Assembly (NCBI GenBank): GCA_964106645.2
Contig: OZ067045.1
Strand: one strand, 5' to 3'
Source: Podarcis pityusensis
Taxonomy: Eukaryota
DNA length: 64,000 bases
Below are positions 36,102 through 45,698 of this stretch, in pieces. Below the pieces are notes generated by a model. The model saw nothing but the letters and a program-made list of their open reading frames with translations, searched no databases and was not told the origin of the DNA. The translations under genes were made by a program, and so were the position numbers. The number at the start of each line of letters is the position of its first letter. The first letter of the stretch is position 1.

Positions 36102-38248
36102 GGACTTCCGGGGTGGCACCATCGGCAATGGCGGACTCCCTCTGATCTGGAGGGACTAGCTCCACGTGAAACGGGTCTTTTCCGCTACGGCAAAGCGGGG
36201 ACCCTTTCAAAAATCACAGGCGGATGAAGCCTGTGACCATGGGACTTGTCGGGCAACTTTAGCGCCCCCCCCCAACCCGCAAAAGAACCCACTAACGGGC
36301 TCCGGAGCGAAGAGGGGGAAGTGGCGCGGTGCTGAGAGTCAACTGCTTCTTCCGTGGAGCGAAGCTGCACAGCCGTTGCCGGAGAGCGCTGCCTTTTTCC
36401 TGGGACAATTTGGCTTCTAAAATAATCACCCGTGAGTACTTAAATTTCGGACAATTGGACTTTAAATAAGGACTTGCGAGCAGAAAGGAAAATTGGACTT
36501 AAAAGTTTACCTCAATTTGGCACTGAAACGGGAAGGTCTAAACAGGAAGTCAGCCTTCCGTTTCTTTGTAGATAGATTAAAGCAAAGACATGGCAAACTA
36601 GAGCTCAGAAAATCGCTTGTAAAAGATTAACTTTCATCATTTAAAATTGTTGAACCCCCCCTTCGGAAGCAGGAGAAGAGGGGGGATTTTTTCGGACTGT
36701 TTAAACCTGCAGAAGTGAGTGTAAAGTAAAGTAACTTTCCACCGTCCTGATCCTGGAGCGGGGTGTCAGGACTGACGTTTTTTGAAGCTCATTGACCAGA
36801 GACAAACGTTTTTGACAGATAGCTATAAGAAGAGAAACATTGATTCCCTTGTTCCCCTTCGCATTTTAAAGGAATAAATATTGACAAAATATCTGAAAAA
36901 GGAAACTTTGTTGTTAGACTTGTCTTTAAAAGAAAGAACAAATGGAAGTTTTCCCCCTAGAGGGAGACTGTGAAACTGTAACCAACTCCGGGGAGCTTGC
37001 AGCTGTTACAGATTACAATCGTGGGAATAGACTTCTGACCTTGCAGGACAATGTATTCAGAAGCTCTGTTGCATGCTTTCTGTAAAACAAATGCCCTACT
37101 GGAACAGCTACATGAGAAGACGGATTTGATGATTGATGCGATCAGAAATTTTGAACAGGCAGTGGGAAATTATATGGAGCCCACCCAGGAATTAAATCAG
37201 GAGTGTGCCCTGACAGAACAGATGAGCGAAGAGGATGTTACTGAATCTTGGGCGCCAGAGATGAAGGGAGCTGTGGCCCAGCAGGAACATGAGCTTTTGG
37301 ACTTGACAAATGAACTTGGAAAAAGCCAGATTTGGATAGATAAAGTTTGGTTTGGTTTGGAAATGGGGGGTTGGATAGACCTCCCTATGCAGGGATGTTT
37401 GGACCTTTCAAGTCTGGCAATGGGCCGTGAGATGTTTGGGGTTGTGGGGGCTCTTAATTTTGGAGGGATTTTGAAACATGTTCTTAAATACCACATGGAG
37501 TTTAGTGTGGACTATGGAAAAGGGGCTGATTTGTCGAGAAGGGTCAAAAACATTGTTAAGCTGGAGTTCCCACGAGTGAAAGGAGCAGGAGACAAAGGAA
37601 AATACAGTTATAAATTTGAAGAAGAGCTGCGGAAGGGACATGGAAGAGACTTAAGGGCCTCGGATACAAGGTTACCAGGTTAATGCGCTAGATCGATGGG
37701 ATAATAAGGACTGACAAAACGCGGGACCAGGAGGAAGGGACGCTGGATGAAGATTGTTTTTATTTCTTTTTTTTTACTACTAGGATTGTTTTATAAAATT
37801 GATGAATGTTAGAAAAATGTTGGAACGAAATTACTTGGCTTTAGCAAAAATGTTTAAAGAATTATGCAAGAATATTATGGTTATGAGAAGTTGGTAAAAA
37901 TAAGATTTAAGTTTTAAGCTTTAAGGTTCTTTATAGTAAGATAAGATTAAAATAGATTAAGGTATTGTAATGACAGAATATTATGAAATATGGAAAGGAT
38001 TTGCTGCGACAATTAACAACTAGGATACAAAAAAAGGGAGGAGGAGGAGGTCAAAGAAAGAAGGTAATGACAGTTGAGGATTTGAGAATGATGGATTTGT
38101 TTTTGAGTGTTTGTGGTGTATTTTTGTTTTTTGAATTTGTATTGTTTGATGTGGTTTGTTTTTTCTTTGTTTTTTCTTTCTCTTTTTCTGCTTTGTTCTC
38201 TTTTGTAATTCTAAAAAAATTCAAGAAATATCATTTAAAAAAGAAAAG
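36102..38248 (+). mobile_element. Non-autonomous L1-type (HAL1-like) retroelement, about 2.15 kb, apparently complete
   Basis: 17-bp TSD aaaaaactcgcggaacg (36085-36101 / 38249-38265); CpG-rich 5' end starting GGACTTCCGG; one long ORF; T-rich 3' region; A-rich tail; no RT or endonuclease coding capacity seen. Confidence 0.85.
37051..37683 (+). CDS. 210-aa ORF of the retroelement; possible degenerate L1 ORF1-like protein
   Basis: Longest ORF in the window; ATG with A at -3; N-half rich in E/Q/L and helical-looking; located where ORF1 would be. Homology not verified. Confidence 0.45.
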   Translation: MYSEALLHAFCKTNALLEQLHEKTDLMIDAIRNFEQAVGNYMEPTQELNQECALTEQMSEEDVTESWAPEMKGAVAQQEHELLDLTNELGKSQIWIDKVWFGLEMGGWIDLPMQGCLDLSSLAMGREMFGVVGALNFGGILKHVLKYHMEFSVDYGKGADLSRRVKNIVKLEFPRVKGAGDKGKYSYKFEEELRKGHGRDLRASDTRLPG

Positions 38249-38840
38249 AAAAAACTCGCGGAACGAATTAATTTCGTCTTGCGAGGCACCACTGTATGTA
38301 AATCCCACAAACCTTTACTACCCACCTGAGTTATTTGTTATTTGTTTTGTCTTTGGCTTATTTTTTATTATTTTACTTTTGTTCACACACATCCAGTTGA
38401 ATTAACTGTTCTTCTTGACATGCATTATTAAGTAATCTCAAAAAATGTGTTTATTTATTTACCTAGTGAATATGTCAAACATGCAGGAAGCTGAGTACGA
38501 AGGGAAAGGAGTGGAATTAGCCTCTTGGATTAGCAAACCATATCATGTTCACTCCATGTTATTTAAATGGCAGAGATAAACAAGCCTTGGGAGAATTGGA
38601 GAGAGACCTTAAAAGCACAGGTTGAGATGAGGTGTCACTTAGACTGAATTATGTTAGAAGGAAAGATTGGCCCATAAAATACCTTTAAGGATGAAAAGAA
38701 CCTTTCTTTTTTGTAAATAGATTTTCTTAAAGGATAACAAGTAGAATAGATTGTCAACTCATACATTTAGGCAGTCAGCCAGGTATAAAACAATTCTCTC
38801 AAGTAAGACAAAGTATAATCACAATGCAGCATCAATGCAA

Positions 38841-39276
38841 TGCTGGGAAGTTTCTGCCTCTGCACATGAGTCTGGGAATGTTCTGATCAGTTCACATTGA
38901 GTTCATGAAACAGTGTACCCTGACCTGTTCTTAACGCATTGTTGACCACATCTACAGAACGCGATTGTTATGTTCTTTCATGTCATGCAATATCAATCAT
39001 TAGTAATAGTTTAAGTCTTGATAATCAATCACTAGTTAATAGTTTAATAAGGAGGTTTCACGCCTGTCCAATTCTGTGTCCCCTTTCCCAACCTTTAATC
39101 TATTGATGATTAATGCCTATATTCAACCTTTGCATTGTATTCGCGTTAACCAATCAGCAACAAGCACATATGTGGTAATGCTGTAATATTCAATAAAAGG
39201 GACTCCCCGAGACTTGCTCGGGAGATGCCTCCCACATGACACTTGCCACTCGTCTGTCGCTTATTTCAACCCAACA
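38841..39276 (+). mobile_element. Solo LTR (436 bp), probably class II ERV-like
   Basis: Termini TGCTGGG...CCCAACA (6/7 inverted); exact 6-bp TSD ATGCAA (38835-38840 / 39277-39282); CCAAT at about 39150; AATAAA at 39192. Confidence 0.8.
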
Positions 39277-39377
39277 ATGCAAGACATTCTTCTTGAGTTT
39301 ATCTCTTATTATATGGAACTTACACTTCAGAGAACCCATGCAAGTAAGAAGATGGTCCTTTTTAGCCATTCAAATAA

Positions 39378-39481
39378 GGGAAGTTTTTAATGTATGATAT
39401 TTTAGTGTATTTTTGGTTTCTATGGAAGCCGCCCAGAGTGGCTGGGGAAACCCAGCCAGATGGGCGGGGTACAAATAATAA

Positions 39482-39519
<38 letters not shown>
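39378..39519 (+). mobile_element. Very short L2 3' end with (ATT)n tail
   Basis: Near-identical to the reverse complement of about 4343-4470. Confidence 0.88.
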
Positions 39520-39520
<1 letters not shown>

Positions 39521-40114
39521 CAATGGCCACATCCACACCATGGATTTAAAGCACTAGTCTATCACTTTAGCAGACTTGGATAATCATGTGAACTGTAGTT
39601 TGTTAAGGGTGGTGACCTCACAGAGTTATAGTTCCCAGCACTCTTAACAAACTACAGTTCTCAGGATTCCCCGTGGCCATTAAAGTGGTATACATGGGAG
39701 GGGGGGGCATGATGATAGCTTCCACCTGCACACATTCATGGCTGTCTTTAAGGAAAGGGCTTATGCTGTGATGTTTTTGTTTCAATTATATATGTGTTCT
39801 AACAGATGATATTTAAACTTGTGTGTGTGTGTTTAATAGCTTTTTAGCACATCTTTTCTGTGTTTTTAGCTGTTTATATTTAACCTGTAAACTGCCTGGA
39901 GCCCCATCTGGGAAACGGTGGGATATAAATAAATATAATAATAGTTCATTTGAAGGACGTAGAATTCATGAACAAATCTACACATGTAGAAACTTTCCAC
40001 ACGACTAGGATGCTTTGTATGTTTTCTAGTCACTCAGAGTTTCCTATGCTTATACAGCAGGCCAAGGCTGGCCACTGTGTTATCCTCCAGTTGTTTTTGA
40101 CTGGGAAAAAGGAA

Positions 40115-40292
40115 GAGTCGTAGCTCAGTGGTAGAGCGTTTGTCTTGTACACAGAAGGTCTCAGGTTCAGTCCCCAACTGGGACTGAAGGCTGGGAATAA
40201 ATACCTACCTAGAACCTTGGGCAACCTCTGCCAGTCAGTGTAGACTCTAGTGTGCTGTGACATGACTTCCTAAAGCAGCTTCCTATGTTCCT
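40115..40292 (+). mobile_element. tRNA-derived SINE with cttcctatgttccta tail (relatives at about 11345-11480 -, 44475-44650 -, 53035-53218 -, 56110-56195 +, 56610-56725 +, 59430-59597 +)
   Basis: A box tagctcagtggtagagc, B-box-like ggttcagtccc, shared core tgccagtcagtgtagac. Confidence 0.75.
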
Positions 40293-40389
40293 AATTGCAC
40301 TCCAACGACATCCCAAGACCACCACATTGGCTACTGCTACTCTGATTTCAGACTTTCCAAATGGATGTGAACCCCTCAATCATATACTT

Positions 40390-40521
40390 AGGTTGTATAT
40401 ATGTGCAAATAAACCATATAAAGGCACAGTCTCTGCTGTGCCTCATTTCTACAAAGAATAACAGAACCAGTGTAACTCCTCAAATTTCACAACAGCTCAG
40501 AGATAGGGGTGGCATGCAACA
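40390..40521 (+). mobile_element. LTR 3'-end fragment related to 34228-34874
   Basis: aataaaccatata...GGGGTGGCATGCAACA. Confidence 0.5.
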
Positions 40522-40649
40522 GTATTGACTGGCAGTCTTCAATTGGAATAGAAGGATGTACCGTATTGGGCATTATACAACAATTTTGTATTATGATGAT
40601 ATAGCTCTTCCTATATCAAACCAAAACTCTTTACATGGAATGTCTAGAA

Positions 40650-40784
40650 CAGGCTTCCTCAACCTCGGCCCTCCAGATGTTTTGACACTACAGTTCCCAT
40701 CATCCCTGACCGCTGGTCCTGCTAGCTAGGGATCATGGAATTGTAGGTCAAAAACATCAGGAGTGCTGAGGCTGAGGGAGCCTG
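40650..40784. mobile_element. Palindromic hAT (Charlie/URR1-like) MITE; older relatives at about 30985-31120, 49971-50110, 52590-52728 and 57530-57645
   Basis: TIRs CAGGCTTCCTCAACCTC / GAGGCTGAGGGAGCCTG; 8-bp TSD gtctagaa / gtctagag. Confidence 0.85.
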
Positions 40785-43192
40785 GTCTAGAGAAATCACA
40801 GCATTCTCTGATTTCTCAGTAAAATCTGAATTAATAGGATTTAATATGACAATTAATGAGGAAAAATCAGATGCAAGTATAGCATATCTCAATAAGACAC
40901 CTGGGGGTTAGCTAAGTGACATGGAACAGGGTTTCTTTGTTTGTTTGTTTGCATTTTTTGTTCATTTGTTTTACTTTGGGTTAGATAAGAACAACAGAAA
41001 AGCTCTACTGGGTCAGATCAAAGGCCCATGTGGTCATGCCTTCTGTTCTTAGACTGGCTAACCAGATGCCTATGGGAAGCCCACAAGCAGAATCCAAATA
41101 CAACAGCTCTCTCATCTAGATGCTTTTCAGTGCAGGTGTTTTGGGACAGCCATCTAAATTCCTCTCGTTTTGTGAATGGCTGTTGAACCAATAGTAAACT
41201 ATAAGGATGATATTTCACATTCTTTGTTCATCAGTATTTTACAATTTGCAGTAGAGCAAACTCTCAATAGGACTCATTAAGTGGATTGATAAAGCTGAAA
41301 TATTTTTATCCAGACTTGCAAAAATGCATTAGTTTATCCCCAAGTCCAATTACAAATCAGCTGGACCCCATCATGTCTTGATGATGCCATTAAGAGCATG
41401 ACAAGGACCAGTTGTTTCCTCCAGCTGCCCTTATGAGTCTTGCAGCTCCTTTCCTTACAACTGCCCTACTGCCTGCCCCCCACTTCCCTCCACTCATCTT
41501 CCTCTTGCTGCTGCTCTATTCGGGGCTGTGAAAAGGAGAAAGGAAGAGAGGGGTATACTTTATTTACTTCTCCCTCCACCCTATTTGATGTCTCGCTCAC
41601 AGCTGTAGCAGTATGCCAGGTCCTTCTATGAATTACCAAACTGCTCAACCAGATGCTGGGAAGTTGGGATACATGTTTTGAAAGCAGGTGTGTGCTATGG
41701 AGACATGAAGTGAGGACATGAATTCTCAGGCCATAGTGCTTGCCTCATATTTCAACTGAGTGTTAGCAGTCACTGAGAATCCTATCCCTAAACCAGGAAT
41801 TAGGGAAGCTGGTGTCATCACTATTTAGAATTGCCAGCATTATTTCCTGACATGCATAACTCATATTTCCAAACAAAAATGGTGGAATTTGGTGTCATCA
41901 CTACCTATAACGCTTTGCCAGCACTATTTCCTGATCCACGTAATCCATGTGTTGGCTTGGCAAAACATGTGAACAACAGGCAGAAAAGCAAGGGTTGTAA
42001 TGCTTTCTTAAAACAAAAAAAGAAAAGAAGAAGCCAAGAACTCAGCATCTACCAAGATCTATTCCTGGCAATATGTCTCCTGCAGACTGTTAAGTTCTGT
42101 ATTATATCTGAGATGGGGATGGGTAAAATCATCCATGCATAAAATGCTCATTTATTCACAGGGGAAATAAGTGAAGTGTGTATCTTTATTTATTTAAAAT
42201 ATTTATAACCTGCTCTTCATCAACATAGATATCAGGATGGAATACTGAACAGGAAATCAAAACAACCAAATCATAAAACAGACAACAATGCATACTTAAA
42301 TACACCATCAATAGCCCCCAAAAGCATCTAAAAACAAAAGAGCAGGCTAAACTCTAATCAAATTACAAAACTTTAAATGTGTGGGTAAATAAATAACTCT
42401 TAACCTAGTGCCAACATGATATCAATTTCAGTGCCAGTCAAACCTGTAAGGCAATAATGGGAAAATCTTTTCGCTCCAGAGGCCACATCCTTATCTGATC
42501 ATAGCCTCATGGGTATGATCATGGGAAACCTGCCAGTTAGCTGATGTCACAATGACACCAGCTGATTGGGTGCTTTGATGTCCTGAAGCTGGGACTTTAA
42601 AGCACGATGCAGGGCTTGAAAGGAGCCCTGCATGGTGCTTTAAAGTGCCCGTGTCTTTGCCTGTTTTTCCTGGCCCACGCAATATCAGCAGCACACTTTG
42701 AGGCTTGTGATTGTGTATTGTCATCTATGTCTCTTCCTGTCTCACGCCTGATATGCATATAACAGTGGCAGGTGGCTGGGGGGGGGGATGGCTTCTGGGT
42801 TATATTGGAAACCCTAATGGACCAATGTAGGCCAGAGGTTTCTCACTCCTGCTGCATTTCACAGATCAGGGCATCACTGCACAGGAGGCCATAAAACATC
42901 TAGCTCTGGATATGTACACCACCAAAATAAATCTCAGTCAGCAAGAAATGGAATAGCACTGGAAATCTCAAAATGCAATATTTTTAAGGAATACCCATGC
43001 AGCATCAAGTAAGGGCTGCAAACTACATCTATCTACATTTACATATATAACATATACAATAATGCAAGCATAGGAGGCACAGTAGACAGTTGTCCTTGCC
43101 AAGTGGCACATGAAGGCTTTTAAATTAAACATTCATCATAAGCCAATAAAAGCAAAACAAACAAACCCAAGTACTAAGGGGCAATCACTTAC

Positions 43193-43329
43193 TGTCTTCA
43201 GTTGCCACAATGGTTATGTTGTGCCATGTGCTGGTTTCTCTGTCCAGTGGAGTTGCGAGTGTTATCCTTCCATCCTGTGTATTAATGTTGAACTGCCTCT
43301 CAAGATCAGTGTTTCGATCAATGGAAAAC
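43193..43329 (-). CDS. CDH8: Cadherin-8 internal coding exon (137 bp, human exon 8 equivalent; EC4)
   Basis: Encodes (R)FSIDRNTDLERQFNINTQDGRITLATPLDRETSTWHNITIVATED(R). Acceptor tgtag|, donor A|gtaagt; phases fit both neighbouring exons. Confidence 0.96.
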
Positions 43330-44797
43330 CTACAAAATGGACATCCTTGAAATTTACTTAAAAGACATTTGTTTGGCCTAAATGCATTGTAACAAAATCT
43401 AAGCAATCCATCGCAAAGAGCAGCTTTATAGCCCCAGTGGATTTGTGGAGCTCAATCGTGTTATAATTTATAAGACGAAAAATGATGGGCTGAGAATCAA
43501 GAAACAGAATTATAGCCCAAGGAGTAATTAGCTGCATCCTCTCAGGACGAAGGTTAGAAGCTGTCATCGAGATCAGTAGGTAGCATCTTTTAAAAGCTAC
43601 TGCGAATCAAGAGTTAATTAGATGATCCATCACATTTATTGGACAACCTGCACTGTATTTCATAGCAACTGCTGATAATTCTGTCAATACATTAAGCAGG
43701 CAGGGCTCCTGTTTTTACAAGATGCAACTAATGTTCTTATCCCAACAAACACCACTTCTGATTAATTAAGTGAATACGTCACCTGCTTATGTTTGAGCAT
43801 AACTCTGTGGACAATAGCTGGTTAACAACTCTTTACTGGTAAAACACTTCCAAAAAACCAGAAAGATTGGCTGCTTTATGGATTGACATCATTGGTTTCT
43901 AACAAAACAACTTTGATCTGACAGCTAAGCAGAGCTTGCAAATGAGAATGTGCAGGTACATTATGCAGCTTTAACACAGAAGCCAGCTTGACTAACAAGA
44001 AAGAGCTGCAGTAAATTGTTCCAACAGTGCATTAAACAAAATGGTGATTTAGAACTCCCTGCAAGATCTCCAGGAAAGCTTTTATGTTGGTCCATTTTCA
44101 TATAGTTGTTTTATTAATGCATTACTTGTAAAAGAAACCAAACTGGAAAATTAAGCCTTACAATTTCTGGTGGGTCACGCACAATGAGAGAAAGAGAGTG
44201 AGATTGAAAGTACTGATATGGTACAGCAGTCACAGCTTTGAGGGGCTTCACTAAATCCTAGTGGTGAATTTATATAAGGGACTATAATGACTGTTGTTCC
44301 AAAGCATGGCATTGCACAACATCACACCACAACTATTTTGCATCTCTTCAGCTTTCCGCCTCAGCATGCAGGGATGAATTACTAGGAAGCATCAAACTGG
44401 GTTAGATATATTATGTCATATTGAGAAGTGAGAAAGTGATGACGATGCTTGAGCAGCTCAGATAAATCTGCTAAGAACAGAGGAAGGTGCCTTATGCTAA
44501 ACCAGACCATTGGTCCACCTAGTACACTATTGCCTTTTCTGACTGACAGAGGCTTTCCAGGGTTTCGGGCAGGGTTTCAGCCCTACCTGGAGACACCAGG
44601 GATTGAATCTGGGTTTTTCTGCATGAAAAACAGGTACACTGAGAGCAACCTGATCTGTACATCGCAGAGAAACTGGCAAGTGAATTGGAAATAAACTTAA
44701 TAAAAAAACAAAAAACAAAAATACATTTTCACCCTTTCTGAATGTTCCATATTTTGAGAATGCATCTTTTGAGAGAAAATATACATTGATTGGGAGT

Positions 44798-45698
44798 TGT
44801 ATTCCTCCTTACACAGTATGCAAACTCATCTGCCATTCCCCCCACATTCCCCCCTAGCCCTTTACCTGCCCAGAAAGCAATGTCCCCACTGTGGAAGGAC
44901 GTGTGGATCCAGAATTGGCCTCCACAGTCACTTATGGACTCATTGTTAAAACCGTGTTTATGGAAGACAATCTTACTTGGCTACAAGTGATTGCCAAAAA
45001 AGAAGAACCCTGTGCAACTACTAAGTTTATTTTTCACCTTCCCAAACCCTTTTATAAAGCCATTTCTCTTCTATTCTGCAGCCCTGCTTTGCACCCATTT
45101 TCACATTCACCCCCATGTTCATGCATCCTCTTCCTCCTCCTTTTGTACAACCATTGTTACAAACAAACCACCCCCATGGAAACCTCCTGCATCTTCCTCC
45201 TCCCACACCTTCCAGCTACTAAATACCCTTTTCACATTTTTGCTCAGTTGTGAAGCCACCATCCCCTCCTTTTCTTCAGACTGTCAGTTAGCTTGCTCAG
45301 TTAGAGAATATTAAGTCCATTTGATGAATGTCATACATATATGGGTGTTTTCTTGTTAATAAACTCTCTCTTCTAAATTACTACACTAAATCTAGAACTT
45401 TGTATTGAAGACAATACAGTGGATGCTCAGGTTGTGAACGTGATCCGTGCAGGAGGCACATTCACAAATGCAGTGTTCGCAACCTGCAGTGCCGCGTCTG
45501 CGCACGCGTGGGTTGCGATTCGGTGCTTCTGTGCATGCACAAAGCGCAATTTAGCACTTGTGCACATGCACAAGTGCTGAAACCCCAAAGTAACCTGTTC
45601 TGGTACTTCCAGGTTCGGCGCTGTGCTCAACCCAAGAACACACAACCTGAAGCATCTGTAACCCAAGGTATGACTGTACATGGTACCAAAAGTGAAAT
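44798..45698 (+). mobile_element. Candidate LTR with degenerate primer-binding site, interrupted at its 3' terminus by a MITE
   Basis: TGTATT...AATA|MITE|CA; TATAAA at 45053; AATAAA at 45358; followed by TGGTACCAAAAGTGAAAT (45681-45698). Confidence 0.5.
45417..45676. mobile_element. Tc1/mariner-type MITE, family C (260 bp)
   Basis: TA|CAGTGGATGCTCAGGTTG...GTAACCCAAGGTATGACTG|TA; the 3' end shares aacctgaagc.t.tgtaacc with family A. Confidence 0.8.

Larger units (their letters stand above)
35290..38294. mobile_element. Tc1/mariner-type non-autonomous element (about 840 bp without the insert), interrupted by a retroelement at 36102-38248
   Basis: 22-bp TIRs CAGTGGTGCC(C/T)CGCAAGACGAA; TA at 35288-35289 and 38295-38296; subterminal gcaagacgaa repeats; internal duplication of about 135 bp (35661-35794 / 35812-35939). 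Confidence 0.9.

Noticed and set aside
36432-37046. Intron in the retroelement leader (GTGAGT at 36432 to TTGCAG at 37046)
   Set aside because: The acceptor has a very short pyrimidine tract with CTGAC too close to the AG, and the inserted copy is unspliced; unsupported without transcripts.
37983-38405. 140-aa ORF with hydrophobic stretches
   Set aside because: It translates the T-rich 3' region and runs across the A-tail, TSD and TIR into flanking DNA.
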